Part shown: in pieces, positions 36,944 to 47,028 of the stretch | Layout of the letters: every line of letters begins with the position of its first letter | How positions within the stretch are numbered: position 1 is the stretch's first letter | From: a virus | Strand: one strand, 5' to 3' | IMG/VR virus record: IMGVR_UViG_3300032214_001346 | Location: 29,413 to 93,412 of that record | DNA length: 64,000 nucleotides | Translations under genes and position numbers: made by a program | Notes under the pieces: model-generated | Database searches by the model: none | Seen by the model: only the letters and a program-made list of their open reading frames with translations | What the model was told of the DNA's origin: nothing

Positions 36944-37213
36944 AGGGATGTCGTCAGGGTCGCCTGAGTTCTCGTAAGCAGCCCAATAGTAATCGTAAAC
37001 TTCTTGAGTAGTTTTGATGTACTCAGAATAAAGAACTGGCATTGAGATATCTACATGGGAAATATCCCATGTAAACTCTAATCTTCCATATTCAAGGGTA
37101 GACCCTTGAATAACCTCAATCTTAAATACAGGTAACTTGATAAACTTAATAGTACCCAAACGTTTCCAGTGAAGCTGGAAGTTGAGTTCACATAAATTAA
37201 ATAGGTCTGTCAT
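36938..37213 (-). CDS. Hypothetical protein
   Basis: CAGGAG RBS before MTDLF; conserved promoter. Confidence 0.6.
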   Translation of the reverse strand: MTDLFNLCELNFQLHWKRLGTIKFIKLPVFKIEVIQGSTLEYGRLEFTWDISHVDISMPVLYSEYIKTTQEVYDYYWAAYENSGDPDDIPF

Positions 37214-37397
37214 TGCTTTTGTCTCCTGTTTTTTGTTTATATAACTACTATAGTCTATTCCACTATTTATTGTCAACAAGTTTATGTACTGAACTTTAGT
37301 AAATATTATTTATACTTAAAGTACATAATTCTTAGGCACATTGACAAAGGTTAATAGATAGACTATGTTAATGATTACAAATCAAAAGGAAGACAAT

Positions 37398-37760
37398 ATG
37401 ACTTACCATCCAGAAACTCAAGCCCGCTACAACGCTACCGAAAAAGGTAAAGCGCGTAAACGTAAGTGGGCTGCCGGCATGACAGAAGAACAGATGGAAA
37501 AGCAGCGTCAAGCTAAACGTGAATGGGCAGAAAACATGACAGAAGAACAGAAGGAAAAGCAGCGTCAAGCTAATCGTGAGTGGGCTGCTAACATGACAGA
37601 AGACCAATTAATAAAGCAGCGTGAGTCTAGGCAAAGATGGTTAGACAACATGACTGAAGAACAGCGCGAGAAGCAACGGGAATATATGCGTGAGTACAGC
37701 AGAAAAAGACGATTAAAAAAGCTACAGAACAAGGAAGATACTAAGCAAACGGATTGTTGA
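37398..37760 (+). CDS. Charged helical repeat protein
   Basis: Four 19-aa repeats MTEEQ.EKQR...REWA.N; AAGGA RBS. Confidence 0.65.
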   Translation: MTYHPETQARYNATEKGKARKRKWAAGMTEEQMEKQRQAKREWAENMTEEQKEKQRQANREWAANMTEDQLIKQRESRQRWLDNMTEEQREKQREYMREYSRKRRLKKLQNKEDTKQTDC

Positions 37761-39213
37761 TTTTTCCGCCCACAAAGGTGCTTCGAGGTGCTGAGTTGCC
37801 CAATTCACTAAAAGCACCATCGGCACTGTCTACAATGTCATTGGTGAGGGGTTTCTTACTTCCATCAAATTCATGTATTGCAGCAAGAAACTGGTCGTTC
37901 CAAGCACCCCTAAGTAGTTTGACTTTTCCCTGTTTGGCTGCGATCGCCATGGGTAAGGCACGGGTCACTTTATCCCCCAATGGTTTAATTCCTTTAGCGT
38001 CAAATTGCGCTAATTGACGCTTTAGCGAAACTTCATAACGTTTACCAGCACTACCACCTTCTAATTCCCACCTGATTTTACAATCGTGGCCATCCTGGTA
38101 AGCTATTTTGACTACTGATAAGTCGCCTTCTTCTGCTGATACCTGTTCCCAGTGACAGTCAAGGATATAGTACGTGCCTTGATGTAATTTAATCTTGGTA
38201 CGTACACTATAGAAACTAGATTTGGTGGCAACATCAGCAGCGGTGGCTGCAAAATCCCAAAATGCCACTGTTGTACCACCAATGGGAACTGCATTAACAA
38301 TCTCAAACCACTGACGATTAAAGATAGTCCCTGATTCATATTTAATTTTCCAGTTGCCTTTAAGTAGTCGCTCCATCTCTACAGGGTGCAACGATAATAG
38401 GTTTTGTAAGTATTGAGGGTTGGTTTCTATTAGTGCCGGGTTGTCATAAACTGTACCTTTAATAAAACTAAAGCTTTTAGGCGGTGCTATTTCTGCTAAG
38501 TCAGGAAACTTGTGCATGAGTTCATCTTCAGTATCACCCCAGTGCAATTCTCCATTAATCCGATAGAAATAACGGATAATTCCTGACCGTTCCTCTATGG
38601 GGTATCCGGTATTTTGATCAATGTACCAACTAATCATTTTGGCTACCCATGAATCAGCATCAGGGTTACAAGTTGCATCTATGCGAGGCTTGACCCCACA
38701 GGCGGAACGATTACGGGAAAAGAGAAACCAGAATTGACGCTCGGTAAACTTAGTCAGTTCATCAAAACCGATATGGCATATCTGCGAACCAGGGTACTTG
38801 TCTTCTACATCTTTCTCATACTGAGCATGACCAAAACTAATCGCGCTACCATTGGGAAATGTCCAGTCAAGCTGGTACTCACGGGCTATCGAGTTTTTAA
38901 TCTGTTTATATAAACTCCTAGACTCATCCCATAAACCACCTTCATTAGTTATTTCCGGTCGAGTTCTTCTGAAGATTACTGAACCATAACCAGGCACGTT
39001 TAAATATTTAGCCGCTTTTAGTAACATAGCATAACTTTTTCCACTGCCGGCTGCACCCCCATATATGCAGACATCAGCGTAGTTGTCATAAAATAGTTCT
39101 TGCGCTCCGGGTTGAGGGTCTGGCAGATCAATCTGAACTATTTGGTTTTTGGATGACCTGGTTTTAGTGTATTCTCTGACTTTAATGATGTTTTTAGGAT
39201 TAAGTTTGTTCAT
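37741..39213 (-). CDS. terL: Terminase large subunit
   Basis: Walker A YGGAAGSGKS, Walker B GFDE, ATCNP, RNase H-like WDFAA and NDIVDS. Confidence 0.92.
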   Translation of the reverse strand: MNKLNPKNIIKVREYTKTRSSKNQIVQIDLPDPQPGAQELFYDNYADVCIYGGAAGSGKSYAMLLKAAKYLNVPGYGSVIFRRTRPEITNEGGLWDESRSLYKQIKNSIAREYQLDWTFPNGSAISFGHAQYEKDVEDKYPGSQICHIGFDELTKFTERQFWFLFSRNRSACGVKPRIDATCNPDADSWVAKMISWYIDQNTGYPIEERSGIIRYFYRINGELHWGDTEDELMHKFPDLAEIAPPKSFSFIKGTVYDNPALIETNPQYLQNLLSLHPVEMERLLKGNWKIKYESGTIFNRQWFEIVNAVPIGGTTVAFWDFAATAADVATKSSFYSVRTKIKLHQGTYYILDCHWEQVSAEEGDLSVVKIAYQDGHDCKIRWELEGGSAGKRYEVSLKRQLAQFDAKGIKPLGDKVTRALPMAIAAKQGKVKLLRGAWNDQFLAAIHEFDGSKKPLTNDIVDSADGAFSELGNSAPRSTFVGGKINNPFA

Positions 39214-39285
39214 GATTTTTATATGCACAAAAAAAACCACTGTTAATAGTGGGTTAAAGGATGAGAAAGCTAAATCTATTATGTA

Positions 39286-39816
39286 TTATGGCATCATTAT
39301 TTGCCATAAAAGTTCATTTCTTGCTTCTATATATTCAACAGCAGAGAGGTATTTCTCTTCTGTTGAAAACATCTTTTGATTAATCTCAAATGCAGATAAC
39401 AAAGTGTTCATCTGCTTGTCTGACAAATTCCATTTGACTTTAAAGTCAGCGTCTAACTGACTTAATTGTATTTTCTTTTTATACTTAGCTAATTTTTCAT
39501 TAGCTAAATCATTGACTTCTTTTTGTGTAATAGTCCGACCATCATACTGACAATTAACTGCATTTGCATTTATCTCTTGCTGCCATAATTCAGCTTCTAC
39601 TTCTGAAATAAGCATTTCCCATACTTCTGGGGAATCAATGTTCTCCAGAATGTATTTTTCTTTAGTGGTATTTTCATCTTGGCGACGTTTAATTTCGTCT
39701 TTAAACTGTTTCTTCAGTTTCGGCGATTCTAGCTTGTTAGAACCCCATTCCAAATATTCTAAAGGAACATTTTTAATGTCTTGTCCCTTGTGTTTGCCAA
39801 ATGTTAAAGTAGTCAT
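39286..39816 (-). CDS. DUF3820/ExoX C-terminal-like protein
   Basis: LTFGKHKGQDIKNVPLEYLEW. Confidence 0.65.
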   Translation of the reverse strand: MTTLTFGKHKGQDIKNVPLEYLEWGSNKLESPKLKKQFKDEIKRRQDENTTKEKYILENIDSPEVWEMLISEVEAELWQQEINANAVNCQYDGRTITQKEVNDLANEKLAKYKKKIQLSQLDADFKVKWNLSDKQMNTLLSAFEINQKMFSTEEKYLSAVEYIEARNELLWQIMMP

Positions 39817-40310
39817 TGCTTTGTCTCCTGAACTATAAATATAGTCTATCTTATTATTTATATATCGTCAATAAATTTTTATACTGAATTTTCATACAAT
39901 AAAAAACTACCAAATAAAGAAGATTTACTTAGTAGTTTGTAAAGGTGCATCTTAATATATTATAACATAAATATTCTTGTCAAGCTTGAAAGCGTTGAAA
40001 AATAAGGGCTTAAATATTTGGTTACATTATCTTATTAATAGATACTAACTATCTTTTTGGAATTAAATTCTCTTGATATAAATGTTTGCCAGTAAGATAC
40101 TGTAGTTAAATATTGAGAATTTATTAAAAGTACAGCAAATAACCAGCCAATTAGCTTGACAGGGATAAAAAACTATGTTACACTAAAGGTGTGATGGTTA
40201 CAAAAACAAAAACGCTGTAACGGTTTGATGTCTGTCAACCGCTACAGCGTTGGGAAATAAGGTTTAAAGGTACACATAATTAAACATAATTAAATGGTAA
40301 CTCATGGTTT

Positions 40311-41159
40311 ATGGAAAATCAAGTAGTAGAAACAATTTTAACGGAACAGGAAGTAGCGGAAATTCGGGAGTTGGCTTATGCGATCGCCAATGACCTGACT
40401 GACCGGGTTTTATTCACTCACATGGGTATTCTCAACGCCTTAATGTGGCGGGCTGCTGTTGATTATGGAGTCAATGCCAAGAATATGGACTTAGACAACT
40501 GGAAGAACTTGCTACTTTGTAGTAAAGACCAGAATGTGAATATCATGGTCGCTCACAAATACTTAGAAGATTATTTGACAAGCAACTGGAAAGGTGCTTT
40601 TTATAATAAAACCACTTTAAGAACTTACCGTAAACTCCATATCCAGTGGGGTTTGTTCTGGTTTGATATTGATTCCCGTCCCAAGGGCGCGGCTTGGGGT
40701 GCGGCTAATGGTGTCGAAGGACAAGGTACAGCCACCCCCCCGGTTTTGGAACGGGTTGATATTCCCAAAATCCTGATTTTTTATCAGGTATTTGATCAGG
40801 TCCGCAGGGACAGGATTAACTGGAAGTTAAGACATTCAGAGAATGTTTCCAGTTTTGAGTGTATGCCAGATCACGGTGGCATGATGATGGTTCAGTTCTA
40901 TAATGCCTTATTTCATGTCACCAGCGACTTTCGTGGCAATTGTCACGGACATGGTGATGTGATTATTGAAACGCTAAATGTTGAACCAACCCCAGTCTTT
41001 AAAGTCATTATCTGGAAGTGGACCAGACGTAAAGGCTTGTTTAGGACGGCTTGGGAACGTATGCTAGTCAAAGCAGGACAAATAGCCCAACAAGCTATAT
41101 CACTCACGTCTAAGCTAGTTGATAAACCACTAGGAAGTATAGTAGAAGTACCCTACTAA
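40311..41159 (+). CDS. Hypothetical protein
   Basis: 282-aa ORF with no recognised motif. Confidence 0.65.
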   Translation: MENQVVETILTEQEVAEIRELAYAIANDLTDRVLFTHMGILNALMWRAAVDYGVNAKNMDLDNWKNLLLCSKDQNVNIMVAHKYLEDYLTSNWKGAFYNKTTLRTYRKLHIQWGLFWFDIDSRPKGAAWGAANGVEGQGTATPPVLERVDIPKILIFYQVFDQVRRDRINWKLRHSENVSSFECMPDHGGMMMVQFYNALFHVTSDFRGNCHGHGDVIIETLNVEPTPVFKVIIWKWTRRKGLFRTAWERMLVKAGQIAQQAISLTSKLVDKPLGSIVEVPY

Positions 41160-41233
41160 TACTTCTACTATTTTCAGTGAAATAAAATATTTTTAATTGT
41201 GTCTAGGTAAGTTAATGTGATTTACCTAAGTTT

Positions 41234-41521
41234 TCAGTTGTGTTCATCAAATAGTTTAGACGCTTCATAAAAACGCTGGACTCTTTTTTGCTGTTTAAAG
41301 CCTTCTAATATTTTATTTAAGCGTCTTGTGATTTCGTTAGCAATGTGCTGATTTTCTTTGAAGCTATAATCTTCATAGTTGCAATCAGAGTTAATGGCAA
41401 TGTTTCGTGTTGCTGATGCTTCTTTGCTGTTATTAAGTATTTTGTATAGCATTGCTGTACGTTTAAGGGTTACATCTGTATTTAAGAAACTTTCTACTGG
41501 TATCTCAGTATTTTTGTTCAT
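41234..41521 (-). CDS. Hypothetical protein
   Basis: GAGGA RBS. Confidence 0.5.
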   Translation of the reverse strand: MNKNTEIPVESFLNTDVTLKRTAMLYKILNNSKEASATRNIAINSDCNYEDYSFKENQHIANEITRRLNKILEGFKQQKRVQRFYEASKLFDEHN

Positions 41522-41536
41522 ATTTCCTCTTTAGAT

Positions 41537-41752
41537 TATAATATAGTCAAGTGCGTGAATTTAGCGGAATCAGTGGCTATAATTCCACTGATTTTTTTGT
41601 GTGCTATAATCATGAAAATAGAACCCCTTGTTACTATCAAGTCAGTCCAGTGATCACTTCAACATCACTGGATTTTTTTATGTGCTACAATCGTAATGAG
41701 CATACCTGGTTACGTGAATCTAGCGATCGCCTCAATGTCGCTAGATTTTTTT
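41537..41752 (+). ncRNA. Three tandem candidate small-RNA units
   Basis: -10 boxes at 41537, 41602 and 41683; terminators at 41568-41598, 41646-41679 and 41717-41752. Confidence 0.5.
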
Positions 41753-41756
41753 CTTT

Positions 41757-42023
41757 TCAATATACGTTTTTTGGAAGTAAGGATTGAATAGGGAGATTTA
41801 AGGCATTGGCAATTGATTCAATCTCACTAAATGCTATGGTCTGTCTTCTGCCGTCCCGTTCTTTGAACAAGTCTTCTATGGCAATAATGACGTTCACTGA
41901 TTTATCAATTTTTGCTGCTAGTTGTTTCCTGGACATTCCCGCTTTTTCACGAGCTATATAAATTAAGATTCCTATTTTTCCTTCTGTGGACAAGGTTTCA
42001 AAGCTATTTGGTTCTACAATCAT
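41757..42023 (-). CDS. XRE-family HTH regulator
   Basis: AREKAGMSRKQLAAKI...IESIANALNL. Confidence 0.8.
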   Translation of the reverse strand: MIVEPNSFETLSTEGKIGILIYIAREKAGMSRKQLAAKIDKSVNVIIAIEDLFKERDGRRQTIAFSEIESIANALNLPIQSLLPKNVY

Positions 42024-42158
42024 GACTGTTATATTAATTATTTACACCACTAATAATATATCAAAGAAAACCGCTGATTCTCGCTTTTTTCGCAGATTTA
42101 ATTAAGTCAAATAATTAGTTTAACGGTTAAACTAAAAGCAGTTTTAAATGTTTTAGTT

Positions 42159-43298
42159 ATGCCAAATACAACTAAAAATAAAACTATCTTAACTAAGGTT
42201 TTAAGTTCTGATTTGCTATTAAATCGGGATGCAAGAACTTTAGGGTTCTCGTTTTCTTCTAAGAGTAATATCTGTGAAAGATATTCTCTCTATGGTGATT
42301 TACCTGAAGGTGCTAGTGTCGTTTTTGATGAGCAATTATCCCACGATGCTCGTAGCTGGGACTTGACAAGGGTTACTAATAAAACTTGTCCTTTTCTCAA
42401 AAATCATGCACGTGGTCAAAAAATCGGCATTGTTACTGAAGTCGGCTTGGACGGTGATCGCGGCATGGCAACTGTGAAGCTGTCTAGGAACGGTTTAGCA
42501 GAACAATTCATGTCTGACATTGAAGATGGTACTTCTGGAGGTATCAGTTTTGGATATACCGTAGAGGAATACCGTGTCATCACCCCAGCAGAGTACGCTA
42601 CTGATAAGGATGGTTGCGTTATGCTGACAAAGAAAGCCCTCTTAGAAGCAACAAAGATAGTTCTATTGGAAATATCTTCTGAAGACATACCAGCAGACCC
42701 AACAGTTGGATACGGAAAGTCTCTTGTATGTTTTGATGATATTTCAGTTAAGGGAGACCCCAATTTTAACCCCAATCGAAAAATGAATGAGAAAACTGAA
42801 TTGGAATTAGTCACGGTTAAAGCCGCTTTAGCAGAAGCTAATAATACTAATGTTTTATTGTCTGAAAAGCAGGTTTTGTTAACCAATGAAAACAATAGAC
42901 TGAGTGAACAAATTAAGGTTTTAAGTAAGTCTATTGAGGAAAAAAACACTGCTATTTCTACTTTTGAAAAGCGTGAATCAGTGGTATCTCGCTATTATGA
43001 TTTACGTCAAAAAGCTGAAGATTTGGTATCTGAAGGCAAACTAGCTGCTGTTGAGTTTGGTGAATTATTTTCTGAAAAACCCAGTAATGATATTGCTCAC
43101 CATACCAAGAGCGATCGCTTGGGTTATATTGAGTTTCATCTTGAATTAATCAATAAGAGAACCGCACCTTTACTTAATCTGAAACAGTCAATTTCTGAGC
43201 CTATTGTCAATGCTGGTCAGTCTAATCCTGCTGATTTAGAAACACGGGCTTTACAGATTATTCAATCTTTAGGTCAATCTAAACCAATTATAGATTAA
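42159..43298 (+). CDS. HK97-type prohead protease fused to a coiled-coil scaffold
   Basis: PFLKNH, ISFGYTV, EISS..IPADPTVG; coiled-coil C-terminus. Confidence 0.85.
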   Translation: MPNTTKNKTILTKVLSSDLLLNRDARTLGFSFSSKSNICERYSLYGDLPEGASVVFDEQLSHDARSWDLTRVTNKTCPFLKNHARGQKIGIVTEVGLDGDRGMATVKLSRNGLAEQFMSDIEDGTSGGISFGYTVEEYRVITPAEYATDKDGCVMLTKKALLEATKIVLLEISSEDIPADPTVGYGKSLVCFDDISVKGDPNFNPNRKMNEKTELELVTVKAALAEANNTNVLLSEKQVLLTNENNRLSEQIKVLSKSIEEKNTAISTFEKRESVVSRYYDLRQKAEDLVSEGKLAAVEFGELFSEKPSNDIAHHTKSDRLGYIEFHLELINKRTAPLLNLKQSISEPIVNAGQSNPADLETRALQIIQSLGQSKPIID

Positions 43299-43302
43299 TA
43301 CT

Positions 43303-44250
43303 ATGACTATGCGTTATGAGTCGTATCTTTACGACGATGAGTTATCAGGGTTTTTTTCTGTATTAGCACGGGCTACAGAAACAACCCCTACCCGATACAC
43401 CCGCTTAAATGAAGCCTATGCAACGGGATCTACTGGGGCTATCCGTAAGCTGGTTAAAACTTTTGCTCCTGGTTTCTTTGCTGGTAGTGGTACTTCAACT
43501 TCGTTGGTGGGCAATCGGATTTTACCCCGTATGACTACCAGAACCGCTACCGCTGCTAGTGCTACCAGTATTTCTTTCCCTGTCGGTACTGCTGGTATTT
43601 TCATACCTACTGATGTTCTCTCTATCATTGCACCTTCAGTAAGATTGACAATCTCATCCTCAAGTCCAGGATGGTCTGCTAGTGATACTATCACTGTAAC
43701 CGTCAATGGTGTTGCTGTTACTTATGCTGTGGTGGCTGGCGATATTGGTAGTTCATTGGCAGCAACCAATACTAACGTGGCTAATAAAGTAATTGGAGCG
43801 ATCGCTGCTAATCCTTATACTTCTAGACTGGTTTCTGGTTTATCGGTGGCTGGTACTTCCCCTGCTATGGTAATTGTCTTTTGGGCAAAAGATTTTACCA
43901 GTCTTTACAGTTTTACTACTAGTGTTTCAAGCACCAATGGTACTTCTACCGCTTCTGCCGCTGTATTTGCTCCTAACGCAGCTATAGGTACAATCTCTGC
44001 GGTTAACACAGTTACAGATGTTGTCACCATTAGTGCAGCTTCTGTATCCGTGCCTTTGGGTATGCCTATAGGTGTGGCTGCTAGTTCACCGGAAAACTTA
44101 GGAATGTTGTCTCCTGAAGTTCCTATTGATTTGCTGTACAGAGAAAGCCAGAATTACGCTCTCTACTTAGAAGGCGATGTTTATGGGTCTAGGTTGCCTT
44201 ATATGGATGGACAACTAGCCGCTTTATATCCTGAAATTCGTTTGGTGTAA
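43303..44250 (+). CDS. Probable head decoration protein
   Basis: Located between protease and capsid genes; T/S/A-rich beta sequence. Confidence 0.6.
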   Translation: MTMRYESYLYDDELSGFFSVLARATETTPTRYTRLNEAYATGSTGAIRKLVKTFAPGFFAGSGTSTSLVGNRILPRMTTRTATAASATSISFPVGTAGIFIPTDVLSIIAPSVRLTISSSSPGWSASDTITVTVNGVAVTYAVVAGDIGSSLAATNTNVANKVIGAIAANPYTSRLVSGLSVAGTSPAMVIVFWAKDFTSLYSFTTSVSSTNGTSTASAAVFAPNAAIGTISAVNTVTDVVTISAASVSVPLGMPIGVAASSPENLGMLSPEVPIDLLYRESQNYALYLEGDVYGSRLPYMDGQLAALYPEIRLV

Positions 44251-44253
44251 TTT

Positions 44254-45432
44254 ATGCCCTCAATTATTGAATTAATCAACTCACAACCGGGCGTGGTTCA
44301 GCGGGCTATTGACTTGCAACTGGCAACTGTCTCTAGCACTGGTGAAGTCTATGCTGACGGTTATCCCGACCCTGCTTTGAATCGTTTTTTCCCTTTTGTT
44401 CAGTATAGTGATCCGGTTTTAGCATTGCTCAAAATGCGGGCTTATACTCCTACTCTTGCTTATGTGGTAGCTACTGATGGTGCTATTCCCCAAGATGTAG
44501 AACGCCTTAGCGTGACTCAAGAAACCTTTGGTAATTTTAAACTGGCTAAATCTAGATTGATTACTGAAGAGGATTTTAACCTTGCTCAACAGGCAGAACG
44601 TTTGGCAATGTCTGGTAACGCTCAAGCGTCTGAAGCTATTAGAAATATCTTTTTAGGCGTACCTGCACTGCTTACCCAGTCTGTTATTAACTTACATACT
44701 GTGTTGACTTTGCTGATTGCTTGTACTGGACAATGCAACTATCCTGACCCTACATCAGGAGCGTCAGCAGTTCTTAGTTACAGAAGTCAAATCCCTTCGG
44801 AAAATTTACCATCTGCTTTGACGGGTACTAATGTGTGGTCTGCTTCGACTACCGCTACAGGTATTGATGATTTGGTGAGCCACTTGTCTAGTTACTACAA
44901 CAGTGTTAAGAGGTTTCCTCCTTATATTGTTATGTCTAGGCTAACTGCTAACAACCTTAGAAACCAAACTAGCACTAAAGAAATTGTAGGACGGTCTAGA
45001 GGGATGATTACAAGCTTAGAAGCAGCTAATGCCAGTGCCGTAGCTGCTTTGCCACCTCCATCTTTACAGGAAATTGGTGGTGTGGTTGGACAACGATTAT
45101 TAGCAGGTGGTGGTCAAAATCCCAACATTGAGATTATTGTTTCCGATGCGGTTTACTATCAGCGCGGTTCAGGTCGTGTAGGCACAGAAGTAAAAACTTA
45201 TGTCCCTGCTGACTATTACTTTTTTGCTCTTGATAACTACATTGAACGGGCGATTGTTCCCACTGCTTCTAACAACTTTGCTGGGGGGCTGGTAACTAGT
45301 ACTGAAGTCGTCAGCAAAGAACCACCTCAAGAAAAAATCACTGTAGCGGGACGTGGCTTTCCTCTTGTGATGGACCCTCGGTTTATTGGGGCTAGAAGTA
45401 CCAACAGTGCCACTGCGTTGACAGTTATTTAG
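44254..45432 (+). CDS. Major capsid protein (lambda E-like)
   Basis: Position, size (392 aa) and C-terminal GFPLV.DP. Confidence 0.75.
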   Translation: MPSIIELINSQPGVVQRAIDLQLATVSSTGEVYADGYPDPALNRFFPFVQYSDPVLALLKMRAYTPTLAYVVATDGAIPQDVERLSVTQETFGNFKLAKSRLITEEDFNLAQQAERLAMSGNAQASEAIRNIFLGVPALLTQSVINLHTVLTLLIACTGQCNYPDPTSGASAVLSYRSQIPSENLPSALTGTNVWSASTTATGIDDLVSHLSSYYNSVKRFPPYIVMSRLTANNLRNQTSTKEIVGRSRGMITSLEAANASAVAALPPPSLQEIGGVVGQRLLAGGGQNPNIEIIVSDAVYYQRGSGRVGTEVKTYVPADYYFFALDNYIERAIVPTASNNFAGGLVTSTEVVSKEPPQEKITVAGRGFPLVMDPRFIGARSTNSATALTVI

Positions 45433-45838
45433 ACTGTGACCACTTGATTGGGCTGTTTCCCCGAAGCCCAAACATGGATGTACCTTTGGTTGGTGATGCT
45501 GATTCTGGACTGGTATTTGTGACTATCTTTAACAGTCGTTGGTACTCAAGTCCATACTTACTTTGTCCGTAGCTATCGGGAACACTTTGTAACTCAATGT
45601 TGTAAGACTCATCATCTACTTCTAAGCGTTTTAAGACTCCCGTACTGTAATCACTACCCGTACTTTGTTTAGTTAAGGTAATTTTGTGAGCGGTCAATAA
45701 CTCAGTTGCCACGTCTTTTAAAGTTCCCCAATGGTACAGTTCAACTTCTAGAAGTGCTTCTGGTAAAAACAAATTAAACTTGGTTTCTTCACCCGTAAAT
45801 TCTGGATATTTGACAATAAAGTTACTGAATAAAATCAT
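45425..45838 (-). CDS. DUF4054-like head-tail adaptor, inverted relative to the operon
   Basis: F...YPEF...LLTAH...YG.SKYGLEYQRL. Confidence 0.7.
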   Translation of the reverse strand: MILFSNFIVKYPEFTGEETKFNLFLPEALLEVELYHWGTLKDVATELLTAHKITLTKQSTGSDYSTGVLKRLEVDDESYNIELQSVPDSYGQSKYGLEYQRLLKIVTNTSPESASPTKGTSMFGLRGNSPIKWSQSK

Positions 45839-46259
45839 GATTTCCTCCTATGTAAACCAAACAATTGGATATTTAGAACCCTTTAATTCTAACTTAACCT
45901 TAACCTTTCAAATGGGTAATGGTCATTTTGTTGAGGATGCTGTGGGGAATAGGATTGAAACAGTTTCTACTGTGATTGTTCAAGCTTCTGTATCTATTAA
46001 GAAGGATTTTAAACCTTTGTTTGAAGATGCTCAAATGGGACAAAATATTCTTTATTTAAAGGGAAGGATGATTGGTAATTGGAGTAATTTGGTTTTTAAT
46101 TATCAATTAATTGCTGATGCTGTACTTACTGATTCAAGTGGTAGTATGGTTACAGGACAATGGCAATTTATTCCTGTGCCTCAAAACCGAATTGCAACTT
46201 ATTTAGAAGTAAGAAAAAGATACATTGAGGGTCGTTTAACTATAGCAAGTAGGGTATAA
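45837..46259 (+). CDS. Probable head-closure protein
   Basis: Position; EDAVGNRI motif; ATG at 45837. Confidence 0.55.
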   Translation: MISSYVNQTIGYLEPFNSNLTLTFQMGNGHFVEDAVGNRIETVSTVIVQASVSIKKDFKPLFEDAQMGQNILYLKGRMIGNWSNLVFNYQLIADAVLTDSSGSMVTGQWQFIPVPQNRIATYLEVRKRYIEGRLTIASRV

Positions 46260-46261
46260 TT

Positions 46262-46657
46262 ATGGTTGTAGCTAATTGGAAAAGTATTAAAATTCCCCGA
46301 AAACTCACTGCTACCCACGCATGGACTGCCCCTCATGCAGTGATTGTCCATGAAGGCGCGACTTTCTCTAATGGCTCTGAAAACCCAGCCCGTCCTTGGG
46401 TTGGTGCTGCTATTGATGAGTATGATTTTTTGGGTGAATATGCTGACGGGTTTAACCAAAGTGAGGACTTTAAACAGGCTTTTATAGCTATGTCTGAAGG
46501 GTTTGGTGAAGCTTGTCAGGCAAATCTTGAGGATGTCCGTTGGCAATGGCCACGCACCACCGTCCGTAAGAGTGGGGATGTAGTTGGTTCACCCCGTGAC
46601 ATTGTGGACACTGGGGAACTGAAAGACTCTTACGAGGTGCAATATGAAAGCAATTGA
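46262..46657 (+). CDS. Neck / tail-completion protein (HK97 gp10-like)
   Basis: VHEGA..PARPW...IVDTGELKDS. Confidence 0.65.
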   Translation: MVVANWKSIKIPRKLTATHAWTAPHAVIVHEGATFSNGSENPARPWVGAAIDEYDFLGEYADGFNQSEDFKQAFIAMSEGFGEACQANLEDVRWQWPRTTVRKSGDVVGSPRDIVDTGELKDSYEVQYESN

Positions 46658-47012
46658 CCTCAGAAAAATTCTGGCAACGCTACTGGCTACTGAGTTGGGT
46701 ACTTATACTAATGGGTTGCCTTCAATCTGGGTATACGGTAGTTCATCTCAACCACCATCTGCAAGTAACGGGCTTGAATGTTTGATCAAGGAAACCCCTA
46801 ATGTTGCGGCTAAAGCTACCAGTGCCGGGTCAAGATATAAGCCTCAGCAATGGGAAATTCTATTGCGTAATTGGGTAAAAAATTCTAATTTACCAACGGC
46901 GATCGCTAAGATAGAAAGACGGTTTCCAGTCTTACGTTATACACACATTCCCGCTACTTCTGATATACTAGAGCAAAGCAGGATTGTCATTTTTGACCCC
47001 ATAGTTACTTAA
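46644..47012 (+). CDS. Probable tail terminator
   Basis: Position before tail genes. Confidence 0.5.
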   Translation: MKAIDLRKILATLLATELGTYTNGLPSIWVYGSSSQPPSASNGLECLIKETPNVAAKATSAGSRYKPQQWEILLRNWVKNSNLPTAIAKIERRFPVLRYTHIPATSDILEQSRIVIFDPIVT

Positions 47013-47028
47013 CAACCACTTAAAAATT

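Noticed and set aside
41551-41787. 78-aa plus-strand ORF
   Set aside because: It crosses three terminator hairpins and is better explained as non-coding units.
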